A stretch of 63,955 bases of DNA, filler included, from Octopus bimaculoides (taxonomy: Eukaryota), in the NCBI RefSeq assembly GCF_001194135.2. It is 8 parts of 7 records of this genome, joined end to end, with 100 filler letters (N's around TTAATTAATTAA, not from the genome) between each part and the next. Parts side by side here need not be neighbours in the genome. Positions count along the whole stretch, not along the records: positions 28,099 to 41,730 come from NC_068983.1; positions 41,831 to 43,793 come from NW_026384414.1; positions 43,894 to 52,777 come from NC_069007.1; 5 more parts are not named here. One strand, written 5' to 3'. A program made the translations under genes and the position numbers. The first letter of the stretch is position 1. Each line of letters opens with the position of its first letter. Below the pieces are notes generated by a model. The model was not told the DNA's origin and searched no databases. It saw only the letters and a list, made by a program, of their open reading frames with translations. Below are positions 34,751 to 46,915 of this stretch, piece after piece.

Positions 34751-35390
34751 CTATGTGGATGACATCTGTTAGCGGATTCGTCTTGTGGAGTCGATATCTG
34801 CCAAAAACGTGAAGATGCGAGATCAACTTTGAGAGGTTCTTGCATGCAACCTCATAATCATTAGCACAAGCCAATCCATACCTCCCGTATAAGATGTCAT
34901 TTCAATCATTTACTAGCATCTACGTGAGGTGTATTCCGAAAGCCATCTCAGTGCTTCAGAAATCTAGTCGCTCTGCCCCTGTCGAAGTGGAAACATATTT
35001 TTCGTGCTCGTATCTCTATTCGCTAGTTTATTTGTCATTTTTTTTTCTCTTTGTCGTACATCTATGAATCGTTTTTTTTTTTTAAAATAAACTATTTGTA
35101 AATACCGTCTCAATGGTTAAGATGCTACTGCCATTGTAACCTATGATTGTCTCAGATATGTATGACTGACATGAGCATTTTATAACCGGAGTACAAATGA
35201 CCTTTGTCAGAAATATGAAAATACAAAGTAAAACAAAAGAAATATCAAAACATTGCAAATCGCAGTAGTATGCAACGAAATTGCATTTCCCCCCGAATAA
35301 TTTACAATCTATGTTGTTTAGAGTCACTCTGTTAAACCCAACATTTAGAGTAATTATTTTTGTCTCTAGCGCGATAATATTAATACGAAT

Positions 35391-35575
35391 AGCGCTGGAC
35401 GAAATGCTTAGTGGTATTTCGCCCTACGCTATGTTCTGAGTTCAAATTCCACCGAGGTCGACTTTGCCTCTCATCCTTTCGGGGTCAATAAATTAAGTAC
35501 CAGTTGAGTACTGGGGTCGATGTAATCGACTACTCCCTCTCCCAAATGTCAGGCCTTGTGCCTTTAGTAGAAAGG

Positions 35576-35577
<2 letters not shown>
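35391..35577 (+). mobile_element. SINE family A with an expanded (ATT)n tail
   Basis: GAAATGCTTAGTGGTATTTCG...GTTCTGAGTTCAAATTCC...AGTAGAAAGG followed by (ATT)n, (AGT)n, (AGG)n, (AGC)n to ~35705. Confidence 0.9.
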
Positions 35578-35658
<81 letters not shown>

Positions 35659-36689
35659 GAAGGAGAAGAGGAGGGGAGGAGAGGAGCAGCAGCAGCAGCA
35701 ACAGTTGTAGAAGCAGTAATATTAGTGCTGCAATTTTCAGTGTCACTAACCAGTACAATGAAGAGATGGACGACTATGGTCATGGAAAATCCGCCTGTCA
35801 GCCATGTTGCTATTCTAAGTCATAACGGTTTTGGTACTGTAAAACAGTAGGCGGGTTATATGGATATTATTAGTGATTATAAACATCATTAGGTTATGAA
35901 ACACGTTACTATGATGTCTTTCAATTTAAAACATAGAGGACATAGAAATATGACGAAAGTTAATCAACGCGGAAAAACAAACATTGAGAAATAAATCTTA
36001 ATAAATGCATTTTTCGACTTATATAGAAACAAACGAGGGGTAGATAGCACGAAGGAAAATGAAATTAAGAGTTGGTCGAAAGACATCTGAAGAGGCAGAG
36101 AGACAAATCAGAGCATGTGTTCAACATAAATGTTTTAGGAAGATAGGACAAAAGAAAGGTGCAATTAAAATAGCAGGAGTAATAGCAGATATAAGAAGTG
36201 GGAAGGAATGAGAAGTAAGAGGAAGTGGAAGAGAGTGGACAAACATCTGAAAAGGTGTCATATTGACCATATTGTTCTTATTGTTTAATCTTAGCCAAAA
36301 TTCGGTCCCAACGTCCTACTAGAATGGTAGGTGGCGTGTAAGGTCAAATATACAGCATTTTATTTTGATTATTACAATTTTATTGACCTACTGAATAATT
36401 TAATGACAGTTGAATAAATTTAATTAAGAATATAGATATCATTCTTATTGAAATATTCATAAACGATTATTTGCGAAATATTGAAAGACTAAGACAATTA
36501 CCTAGGCATTTTCGGATATAGCAGCGAGTTGGCTGCTATATATGACGTCCAATTAATGAACAGAAATCTCGCTTGTTGGTTCATATGTATAAACATAAAT
36601 AAGACATAAAGGTATTGTTTGATTGTTTGAAGGAAACTTCACTGATATTTCCAACATTTTTAGATACCACTTTCAGGTACCCTTGTTGG

Positions 36690-37200
36690 AAGAGATAACA
36701 TGTCTACCAGGCTGAGATATTACGTTGGAGGGACAGACGTAATAGAGGGAATTAAGAAGCCACACGGGGACTGGGGAAATCATAGAATTCTCTGACTACC
36801 ACTTCTGACTTTCTTTGAAGCCGAATCCTGCTATCACACATATGGCTTTCCAACAGCTACCCTCTCCAGCCAGGATTTCCTCCATCAGCTTCACATAGTT
36901 GTCTGAATCGAGTCTAAATGCATGCTCAAGGATGTGGTGGCGGCATGAGTGACACACTAAAAAGCCAACAGCATTTTAGGAAACTTGATTTTCATCGTAT
37001 CCATTTGATCTCGTACAGCCTTCGCAGTGTTTACAGGGCATTGAACAACGGATGAGGATGTCAGCATTTTGACACCCGGCGCGAATCATTATCATGCAAG
37101 TAACTCTTTTCCAATATTGAAATAGCTTCCATTCCTCTATGTCGGCTAACTTTTTCTCAACTACAGCTTTAATCTTTATGCTCTCTAACGCCATTGACTG
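36690..37200 (-). pseudogene. Degenerate Tc1/mariner-superfamily transposase (maT/DD37D-like)
   Basis: Hand translation: MPP(P)HILEHAFRLDSDNYVKLMEEIL; SQKW*SEN...VWLLNSP (cf. WPPNSPD); N-terminal IMIRAGCQNADI. Confidence 0.7.
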
Positions 37201-37714
37201 TTTAGTAATATATCAAGGGGTTCCTGCAAATATATATATATATANNNNNNNNNNNNNNNNNNNNNNNNNNNNNNNNNNNNNNNNNNNNNNNNNNNNNNNN
37301 NNNNNNNNNNNNNNNNNNNNNNNNNNNNNNNNNNNNNNNNNNNNNNNNNNNNNNNNNNNNNNNNNNNNNNNNNNNNNNNNNNNNNNNNNNNNNNNNNNNN
37401 NNNNNNNNNNNNNNNNNNNNNNNNNNNNNNNNNNNNNNNNNNNNNNNNNNNNNNNNNNNNNNNNNNNNNNNNNNNNNNNNNNNNNNNNNNNNNNNNNNNN
37501 NNNNNNNNNNNNNNNNNNNNNNNNNNNNNNNNNNNNNNNNNNNNNNNNNNNNNNNNNNNNNNNNNNNNNNNNNNNNNNNNNNNNNNNNNNNNNNNNNNNN
37601 NNNNNNNNNNNNNNNNNNNNNNNNNNNNNNNNNNNNNNNNNNNNNNNNNNNNNNNNNNNNNNNNNNNNNNNNNNNNNNNNNTATATACATATACATGTAG
37701 ATAAATTATATATA

Positions 37715-37750
<36 letters not shown>

Positions 37751-37899
37751 TATATATATATACATCTAATGTATATATATGTAAATGTATATAAATTATA
37801 TATTAGAGCTGTGGGTAGCAAGGATATGACATAATATAAATAGAGAAATAGACAAAGAGAAATAGATAAAGAGCAAAAGAATAAAGAAAGCAAAAGTAA

Positions 37900-38800
37900 G
37901 GGTGAAGAAAAATAAAAGCATACAAGCCAATTAGGCATTGGGTCAGGGTTTAGGATTTGCTGGTTAAGAATAAAGGACAAAGGGAGGAGGGCAGAGATAC
38001 ACAGAATTTAGGGGTATTTTGTGAATATTGGTTGAAAGTTAGGGTAGTGGTGGTTACTATGGCAATCGAATAATAAAATCTAACTTTTATGGAATTGTAA
38101 TGTGAAGTGTGAAGAGGAAAGAAGTAGGGTATTATTTTAGATACGAAAATGTATATAGGCTTGTTCGGACGACTTGTAATATTAGGACATGTTTGCCTGG
38201 AGAGGGAAAAGCTGGTAGTAATAGTAGAGTATTACTTATCAAGAAGGAAGAGGTTATATAAAAAAAAAAAACTACACGTAATACGGAGTTAGAGGAAAGA
38301 CCAGATCGGATATTTAAGAAAGCCAGCAGTAGGGAGTAGTCTAATGATTAAACAATATGGAATGTTAAACAGATGGCGTTGACATTATTTAATTAATATA
38401 ATTTCCATCGTGTAAATCAGGTAAAGCAACTCCGGATAATAGGCGCGGGTAAGAGGTTCATTTAATTAACGCAGCAAAAATAACAGTGTCTTGGTGTAAG
38501 GATTACTTACCTAGGAGAATTGGAAAAGAACTGGCTCGGGTGTGCAGGTTACTACTTCTAGGTTAGATATCTTTGCTATCGCAATTGCATAATACTGAAT
38601 ACATCACAGAATGGTTGTTAGTTCCTTCAGTATAGCATACCGTGCAAGTATATTAAGAGCGGTTAGAAAATGATGGTAAAGGGAGACCAGACTAGAAGGA
38701 CTCAAAAACAAATAGGGAGATAGATTAACTATTGGTTCAATAATAGAGTGAGTAAATTAGATTGGCCCTAGGTTAGGAGCTATTATAGAGGTTATTTAAA
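37900..38800 (-). mobile_element. Possible highly decayed Penelope-like C-terminal region
   Basis: Only weak motif memory (SRQTCPNITS near a CxxC-like linker); heavily mutated. Confidence 0.3.
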
Positions 38801-38879
38801 GTATCTAAACGTGCGGGTTGTTTAAAGTATTCAAACGTGCGGGTAGTCTTATGTATACAGGAATGACGAAGGTCTAGTT

Positions 38880-39210
38880 TATCATGTAGTAAATTTTTAC
38901 TATTGGATCTCTTTGAAATTTCAAACAGCCCCACGCAGCAAAGCTTGCACCCGTATCTGCTGTTTAAGTAAGTTTTAGCGACTCTAATGATGTTTCAACT
39001 CAAATTTAACATGTCCTTGAGCTCTCACTTCTTCGTGGTTAGAGAAGTCCTGTCGGCCCTATGTCTTAATTTAAAGGAAGGATAGTGGTTACGTAAGCAC
39101 TCCTTGAGATTTACGGAGCAGCTGATATAAGTATAAGTATTGGTCTCCATTATAACATCACATTTGTAAACCACATTTACTGCTAGACATCGACCAGAAA
39201 GAGGTAACAT
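38880..39210 (-). pseudogene. Degenerate Penelope-like GIY-YIG endonuclease
   Basis: ORF 39025-39210: PLSGRCLAVNVVYKCDV...TYTYISCSVNLKECLRNHYPSFKLRHRADRTSL, matching the PLE pattern CPL.G.CL...VVY......YIG.T...FK.R..NH..SF...TSLS; downstream CKLC. Confidence 0.65.
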
Positions 39211-39368
39211 TACGTTTCATCTGATGATTACGGCTTTTTGTAATGGAGTAACGTTCTCATTCTTTTAAAAAGATGCGTAAGAAAAAGCTGTAATGACCTG
39301 ACAATTATTCATCGTATAGTATTATTCATTTGAGTGTATATATATGTATATATAAATATATATATATA

Positions 39369-39407
<39 letters not shown>

Positions 39408-39741
39408 NNNNNNNNNNNNNNNNNNNNNNNNNNNNNNNNNNNNNNNNNNNNNNNNNNNNNNNNNNNNNNNNNNNNNNNNNNNNNNNNNNNNNNNNNNNNN
39501 NNNNNNNNNNNNNNNNNNNNNNNNNNNNNNNNNNNNNNNNNNNNNNNNNNNNNNNNNNNNNNNNNNNNNNNNNNNNNNNNNNNNNNNNNNNNNNNNNNNN
39601 NNNNNNNNNNNNNNNNNNNNNNNNNNNNNNNNNNNNNNNNNNNNNNNNNNNNNNNNNNNNNNNNNNNNNNNNNNNNNNNNNNNNNNNNNNNNNNNNNNNN
39701 NNNNNNNNNNNNNNNNNNNNNNNNNNNNNNNNNNNNNNNNN

Positions 39742-39795
<54 letters not shown>

Positions 39796-39824
39796 AATAT
39801 ATAGATATATGCATATATCCAACT

Positions 39825-40030
39825 ATGTGTATTTGTTTCTGTGTCTGTGTTTGGTCTCACCACTACTTGACAACCGGTGTTGGTGTGTTTACATCCCCGT
39901 ATCCTAGCGGTTCGGCAAAAGAGAACTGAGAGAATAAGTACTAGGCTTCAAAAAGTAAGCCTTAGCTGGGTTTGTTGGACTAAAACCCTCCAAGGCAGTG
40001 CCCCAGCGTGATCACAATTAAATAATTAAA
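39825..40030 (+). mobile_element. SINE family B 3' half
   Basis: CTTGACAACCGGTGTTGGTGTGTTTACATCCCCG...GCGGTTCGGCAAAAGAGA...GAATAAGTACTAGGC. Confidence 0.8.
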
Positions 40031-40034
40031 GCAG

Positions 40035-40172
40035 GTACTTAATTTGTCGACCCCGAAAGGATGAAAGGCAAAGTCGATCTCGGTGGAATTTGAACTCAGA
40101 ACGTAATGACAGATTAAATGCCGCTAAGCATTTTCCCCCGGCGTGCTAACGATTCTGCCATCTCACCGCCTT
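40035..40172 (-). mobile_element. SINE family A 5' part
   Basis: GTACTTAATTTGTCGACCCCGAAAGGATGAAAGGCAAAGTCG...GAATTTGAACTCAGAACG...CTGCCATCTCACCGCC. Confidence 0.88.
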
Positions 40173-40215
40173 CCTGTGAATATATGATAATGAAAATCAA
40201 TACTGNNNNNNNNNN

Positions 40216-40400
40216 AGGTATTGCGAAAGGCTAGGTTGGAGGCCCAGCATTCCGAGTTCTTTTACAGGTGTTAGAAAAACTGAAGGACCGCTGCAATAAG
40301 TGTATAAATCTGAGAAGGGATTATGTTGAATAAAATCATAATTAACTGATCCTCTTGTATTTTCTTTTACTCAACGCCAGGAACTTTTCAGCAACCCATG
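40216..40400 (+). mobile_element. Mariner 3' end fragment (second family)
   Basis: VLEKLKDRCNKCINLRRDYVE* (mariner C-terminus), followed by right-TIR-like CAGGAACTTTTCAGCAACCC, also seen at 46403-46428. Confidence 0.75.
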
Positions 40401-41990
40401 TTTTATCACTACTTCTACTATTACAGCTGCTATCGCTATCGCAACCACCACCATCAACACCACCACAATTGCAATCCTTAAAATATAAAACATTTGTTTC
40501 AAGATAAATGGAATAAATGTTTTGATTGCTCACGTCACTAGTCTATGGATATTAGTGTTAAAACGAAGTTAATCCCTTGTTTTATCTTGAGACCTCTTAT
40601 GTATTATTCTAACAGATTTCACTTACATTGACGAGTTAAAGGTAAAACTTTAAAGAAAACCACTAATTTCTCACTCATTTCTCGCTCTCTTTCCGCATGC
40701 GCAAACACACATAACCACACACACACACACACACACTGTCTCTCTCCATCTCTTTGAGTCCACCTCTCTCTTCTTGCCATCCCCTCTCTCTCTATCCTTC
40801 TCTCTCTCTCTCTGTCCTTCTTTCTCTCTCTGTCCTTCTCTCTCTATTTCTGTCCTTCTCCCCCTCTCTCTCTCTCTCTCAGTCCTTCTCTCTCTCTCTT
40901 ACCCTCTCTCTATTCACAATTTTCTTTCACTGGCTCACTATTTCCACCAGCGCACAGTCGTCAGCATCACCAGCATCATCACGATCCTCATAACCATCAT
41001 TACCATTACGACCATACGTTAAACGCTGCATCAGTCACGCCCACCTTCCACCATTAACACCAGCATTTTCCCATTAGGCTAACTCTTTACTACGAAGATC
41101 GTCATTGCAAACATCTATCCGTGCTGCAACAGTCACAAATATCTTCTTATCATCACCATAATCACCCTACTTCTCTTCATCATCATCATCATCATCATCG
41201 TCGTCGTCGTCGTCGTCGTCATCATCATCAATCAGTGGTAACAGCAATTTCACTGTTATCTTTTATTGGCACAACATTGGTGTATTTTAGTGGTCCCGAA
41301 AAAGAAATGACATGAAATAAATAAATTTATTGATTAGATAAATAAATAAATAAAATAAATTTCAACAAAAATGATCAATAAGAAGTTAGAATATAAAAAT
41401 TGAAACAATGTGCGTTGTATAGAATTATATACTTGTCGATATGGGTATAAAAAAACTCAGGTTTCTGGAAAAGCTGATCTTTTAAACTCTTACTAGATGG
41501 CACAGCAGTGATGGATAAAGATTGGTTTATATATATATATATATATTTACATACATAAATAAATAAATAAATGGAGTTAAAAGCAGGTGTTATTCAAACC
41601 TTTATACTTCCTACATATGTTTCGAAACAGCGTTCCCTTCATCATATATGCAGTAATCACATTCGGTTAAAATGTCTTAATGATGCGTTTAGTTTCTCTT
41701 TTTTTTTTTCCCTGATGTGAACATTGCATTNNNNNNNNNNNNNNNNNNNNNNNNNNNNNNNNNNNNNNNNNNNNTTAATTAATTAANNNNNNNNNNNNNN
41801 NNNNNNNNNNNNNNNNNNNNNNNNNNNNNNCACATATATATATACATAGGTGTTGAATGCGAAAATATAAACAAACGCCTGGACGTCCATGTTTCGTTGG
41901 ACACGTCGAGCAGACATCCCTCATCAAGGCATGTGTGTGTGTGTGTGTGTGTGAATATGGAGATAAAGGCACAACAAACACGAGGTAGCA

Positions 41991-42030
<40 letters not shown>

Positions 42031-42164
42031 GCATGTACAGTCACATCCACAATTCATTGTCGCTTAAACGGAAACTTCGAAGTCACTATCTTCCAATCAG
42101 TTCCAGAGGCGAAAGCTATACAATGCTTAGTTTACATAAAGGTCTTGAACGATTTTTCAATCAA

Positions 42165-42205
<41 letters not shown>

Positions 42206-42861
42206 ACGTGTATGCATGTGTATTTTCTGTACGTGTGTGTGTGTGTTGTGTGTATGTGTGCTGTGTGCGTGTGTGTTGTGTGTGTGTATATTTTCTGTAC
42301 GTGTGTGTGTCTTGTGTGTGTGTGTGATGTGTGTNNNNNNNNNNNNNNNNNNNNNNNNNNNNNNNNNNNNNNNNNNNNNNNNNNNNNNNNNNNNNNNNNN
42401 NNNNNNNNNNNNNNNNNNNNNNNNNNNNNNNNNNNNNNNNNNNNNNNNNNNNNNNNNNNNNNNNNNNNNNNNNNNNNNNNNNNNNNNNNNNNNNNNNNNN
42501 NNNNNNNNNNNNNNNNNNNNNNNNNNNNNNNNNNNNNNNNNNNNNNNNNNNNNNNNNNNNNNNNNNNNNNNNNNNNNNNNNNNNNNNNNNNNNNNNNNNN
42601 NNNNNNNNNNNNNNNNNNNNNNNNNNNNNNNNNNNNNNNNNNNNNNNNNNNNNNNNNNNNNNNNNNNNNNNNNNNNNNNNNNNNNNNNNNNNNNNNNNNN
42701 NNNNNNNNNNNNNNNNNNNNNNNNNNNNNNNNNNNNNNNNNNNNNNNNNNNNNNNNNNNNNNNNNNNNNNNNNNNNNNNNNNNNNNNNNNNNNNNNNNNN
42801 NNNNNNNNNNNNNNNNNNNNNNNNNNNNNNNNNNNNNNNNNNNNNNNNNNNNNNNNNNNNN

Positions 42862-42970
42862 GAAAGGATGAAAGGCAAGGTCGACATCGGCGGAATTTGA
42901 ACTCAGAACGTAAAGACAGACAAAACATGCTAAACATTTCGCCCGGCGTCCTAACGTTTCTGCCAGCACG
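42862..42970 (-). mobile_element. SINE family A head
   Basis: GAAAGGATGAAAGGCAAGGTCGAC...GGAATTTGAACTCAGAACG...CTAACGTTTCTGCCAGC. Confidence 0.85.
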
Positions 42971-43058
42971 CTGCAACACACACACACACAGACACACACA
43001 CACACACAGATACACACACACACACACACACACATATGTTTTGTTTATACATGTGTGT

Positions 43059-43403
43059 GGAGGTGCAATGGCTCAGTGGTTAGGGGCAGCCGATTCGCGG
43101 TCGTAGCATCGCGGTTTCGTTTCCCAGGACGGGCGATGGGAGTGTTTTATTGAGCGAAAACACCTAAAAACTCCATGAGGCCCCGGCAGCCCAATACTCT
43201 TTCACCACAACTTTCTTTCACTCTTCCTTCCTGTTTCTCTTGCACCTGTATTTCAAAGGGGCCAGCCTTGTCGCACACGTTGAATTTAACCGAGAAACAC
43301 ATTAAGGGTACACGCGTCTGTGAAATACTCAACCACTTGAAAGTTAATTTCACGAGTTGATCGACTCAACTGGAACCCTCGTCGTCGCAACCGACGGATA
43401 CCC
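43059..43403 (+). mobile_element. tRNA-derived SINE family C, copy 1
   Basis: A box TGGCTCAGTGG, B-box-like GGTTTCGTTTCCC, body GTGTTTTATTGAGCGAAAACACCTAAA...TTCAAAGGGCCAGCCTTGTC...CTGTGAAATACTCAACCAC. Confidence 0.85.
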
Positions 43404-43732
43404 TAGTAATGTGTGTGCACATATCTCTCTGAATATATATAATATATATATTTATACACGTGTGTGTGTACGTGTATTAGTTAGCCGGTTCCTAGATTAA
43501 CAGACAAAAGACATAACGTATACAATTCTATATAGGTGGAATTACATACGTATACATTACATATAAAAACATACGCTTATACACAATTAAACATACATAC
43601 ACGCGCACACATAGTCACTTACAACTATATATACATATTCACACACACACACACACATATATATATGTATGTATATGTATGAATGGAAATATGTGTATAT
43701 GTATGAATATATATATATATATATTTATATAG

Positions 43733-43793
43733 GCGCAGGAGTTGCTGTGTGGCAAGTTGCTTGCTTACCAACCACATGGTTCCAGGTTCAGTC
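43733..43793 (+). mobile_element. SINE family B head (truncated by a gap)
   Basis: GCAGGAGTTGCTGTGTGGCAAGTTGCTTGCTTACCAACCACATGGTTCCAGGTTCAGTC. Confidence 0.85.
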
Positions 43794-43893
43794 NNNNNNN
43801 NNNNNNNNNNNNNNNNNNNNNNNNNNNNNNNNNNNNNTTAATTAATTAANNNNNNNNNNNNNNNNNNNNNNNNNNNNNNNNNNNNNNNNNNNN

Positions 43894-44192
43894 TGGCTGA
43901 GCACTCCACAGATACGTGTGCCCTTGACGTAGTTCTCGGGGATATTCAGCGTGACACAGAGTGTGACAAGACTGGCCCTTTGAATTACAGGCACAACAGA
44001 AACAGGAAATAAGAGTGAGAGAAAGTTGTGGTGGAAGAGTACAGCAGGGTTCGCCACCATCCCCCTGCCGGAGCCTCGTGGATCTTTAGGTGTTTTCGCT
44101 CAATAAACACTCACAACGCCCAGTCTGGGAATCGAAACCGCGATCCTATGACCGCGAGTCCGCTGCAATAACCACTGGGCCATTGCGCCTCC
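43894..44192 (-). mobile_element. tRNA-derived SINE family C, copy 2 (inverted relative to copy 1)
   Basis: Revcomp GGAGGCGCAATGGCCCAGTGGTT...CGCGGTTTCGATTCCCAGAC...GTGTTTATTGAGCGAAAACACCTAAAG...TTCAAAGGGCCAGTCTTGTC. Confidence 0.9.
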
Positions 44193-44344
44193 TAAAAGCA
44201 TTAAATAGGCAAGTTTTTATTCAACGCCAACCATTAGAATAAAAGCATGAAGAGATCATTTAAAACAAAAATTTCTAACAACAAATTTTGCAAAATGTTG
44301 ATGGCAAAATTTCCTATAACCGATATCAGCATGCCTTTATTTTC

Positions 44345-44855
44345 CTCATTCGAATAATATCGTCATAGCTTTATAATTTCCCCTTCGAATGTTCTCTTCA
44401 TAGCTTTATTTTTCCCCTTCGAATGCTTACTTCATAGCTTTATTCCTCTCCTTCGAAGGCTATCGCCATATCTTTATTTTACCCCTTCAAATGCCCTCTT
44501 CATAGCTCTATTTTTACCCTTTGAAGACTATCGCCATAGCTTTATTTTCCACTTTCAAAGCTTTATTCCTCTCCTTCGAATATTATCGCCATATTTTCTT
44601 CCTTCGAATGCTATCATCATACTTTATTCCTCTCCTTCAAATGCTATCCTCGTAGCTTTACTTTTCTCCTTTGAATGTTATCGCCATAGATTTGTTTTTC
44701 TTCTTCAAATGATATCGTCATAGCTCTATTTTACCCCTTCGAATGCTATCGTCATACGTTATTTATCTCCTTCAAATGCTATCCTCATAGCTTTATTTTT
44801 CTTGTTCGAATGATATCGCAATAGCTAACGACGTGCAGTATCGGCATAGCTCTAG
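44345..44855. repeat. Diverged minisatellite, ~33-35-bp unit, ~15 copies
   Basis: Consensus-like CATAGCTTTATTTTCCCCTTCGAATGCTATCG(T/C) repeated with substitutions. Confidence 0.9.
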
Positions 44856-45052
44856 ACTTTCCCTTCCCGCTCGTCAGTGGGTAATAAAAAACAGAAGACT
44901 CAATTAGGAAATCCATCATCTCTTTTCTGTTCTAAACATTTTGGCGGTTGAACTAGGTTTCAGGTGAATAAATCTACATAAAGTACATATCAAGAACTTA
45001 CCCAATCCATCATTGTTTCTCCCTTTCTGTCTCCCTCTCTCACACTCACACA

Positions 45053-45094
<42 letters not shown>

Positions 45095-45192
45095 CTCTCT
45101 CTCTCTCTCTTTCTCTATCTATCTATCTCACACTCTATCTGTCTATTTATCTGCCTCCCTCTCACTCACTATCTATCTATCTATCTTTCTGA

Positions 45193-45408
45193 AGGCAGCG
45201 AGCTGGCAGAAACGTTAGCACGCCGGGCAATAATGCTTAGCACTATTTCGTCTGTCTTTATGTTCTGAGTTCAAATTCCGCCCAGGTCGACTGTGCCTTT
45301 CATCTCTTCGGGGTCGATAAATTAAGTACCAGTTGCGTACTGGGATCGATCTAATCGACTGGCACCCTCCCAAAATTTCGGGCCTTGTGCCTAGAGTAGA
45401 AAAGATTA
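45193..45408 (+). mobile_element. SINE family A (full length)
   Basis: GGCAGCGAGCTGGCAGAAACGTTAGCACGCCGGGC...GTTCTGAGTTCAAATTCCGCC...GGGCCTTGTGCCTAGAGTAGAAAAGATT. Confidence 0.92.
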
Positions 45409-46284
45409 TATATATGTATCTATCTATGTATATATTCCTCTCTCTTTCTTTCTATCTATCTATTTATTTCTCTCGTTTTTTTTCTCTTTTTTCCTTCTCT
45501 CTCTCTTTCTCTGTCTATCTCTTACACTCTCCTTCTCTTTCTCCATCTCTCTCTCTATCTCGCTATCTCTTTACCTCTCTCTCTTTAGCTCGCTATCGAA
45601 ATCTCATCTTCAGAAATCAATTATATTACAATCGAAAATGAAAGCAACGCAGTGAGATCGTCGAAACTAAACTAGTTTACAATTTACAGGTCCTCGTTTT
45701 CGTTCTAAACTTTCTTCTTTTTCTTCTTCTTGTTCTCGTTGTTTCTGTTGTTGTTCTTCGTCTTCCACGATGTTCACATCTCATCAAATTACGAAAGGCC
45801 AAAAATTCTAAGCCAGTTTTTTTTTCTCCCTCTCCCCCCACCACCATCACCACCCCCCGCCCGCTCGCCCCAGAATTTGCACCGAAATAATTAGTTTTCT
45901 ATTAATCGCAGCGATGATTCCAGATTATTTCCATTAAAACTATGTTCGTGGGTGTGTGTAGAGGGGTATAATGTAAGGGACATTATACTGTATAACCATG
46001 ACCTCCACAACATACATACACATATATATATACACATATATATATACATATACCTTTACCCTGTATCTTCATCATACGGATTTTTTTTCTTTTCCCTGCT
46101 CCCAGCTAAATTTATAGAGTGGCATGTAAGCGACATGAAATTTAATTTAAAGCCCTTCCTTCATTATATATATATATATATATATATACGTATTATGTAG
46201 GTGCACACGCACGCACGCACACGCACGTTCACTCGTACGTACAAACACACACTCACGCCGAATTGAAGTTGACATTTTACAAGC

Positions 46285-46390
46285 ACGAAATTAAGCAGCG
46301 TAAATTGTCTTGCTCAACAACCCACGGGAATCGAACCACGCATCTGACGCAAGCGAGATGACCGTGCTACCCGCTACCCATTACACCAAA
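46285..46390 (-). mobile_element. Degenerate tRNA-derived SINE head (family D-like)
   Basis: TGTCTTGCTCAA...GGAATCGAACC (revcomp B box GGTTCGATTCC). Confidence 0.5.
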
Positions 46391-46402
46391 GCCCCTTTTA
46401 AC

Positions 46403-46428
46403 ACAGGAACTTTTCAGCAACCCCTCGT
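46403..46428 (+). mobile_element. Isolated mariner right TIR
   Basis: CAGGAACTTTTCAGCAACCCCTCGT (revcomp ACGAGGGGTTGCTGAAAAGTT), same as 40378-40397. Confidence 0.55.
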
Positions 46429-46874
46429 TTGCGTCTGTAGTTGTTCTCTCTCTCTCTCNNNNNNNNNNNNNNNNNNNNNNNNNNNNNNNNNNNNNNNNNN
46501 NNNNNNNNNNNNNNNNNNNNNNNNNNNNNNNNNNNNNNNNNNNNNNNNNNNNNNNNNNNNNNNNNNNNNNNNNNNNNNNNNNNNNNNNNNNNNNNNNNNN
46601 NNNNNNNNNNNNNNNNNNNNNNNNNNNNNNNNNNNNNNNNNNNNNNNNNNNNNNNNNNNNNNNNNNNNNNNNNNNNNNNNNNNNNNNNNNNNNNNNNNNN
46701 NNNNNNNNNNNNNNNNTCGATCCCTTTTGATCGAACTCCCCCCTTTTTCTCTTCCTACGATCTCTTTTGATCGACACACCCCTACTTTTTTTTCCTTCCC
46801 CCTCCCAAAAAGAAAAGCTCTACATTGTATTTGTCCCATCTTTGTTGAGCCCTGTGTGGCTAATAAAAGAAATG

Positions 46875-46915
<41 letters not shown>

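Noticed and set aside
44345-44855. CRISPR-like array
   Set aside because: The units are contiguous diverged tandem repeats with no unique spacers, there are no cas genes, and the context is eukaryotic.
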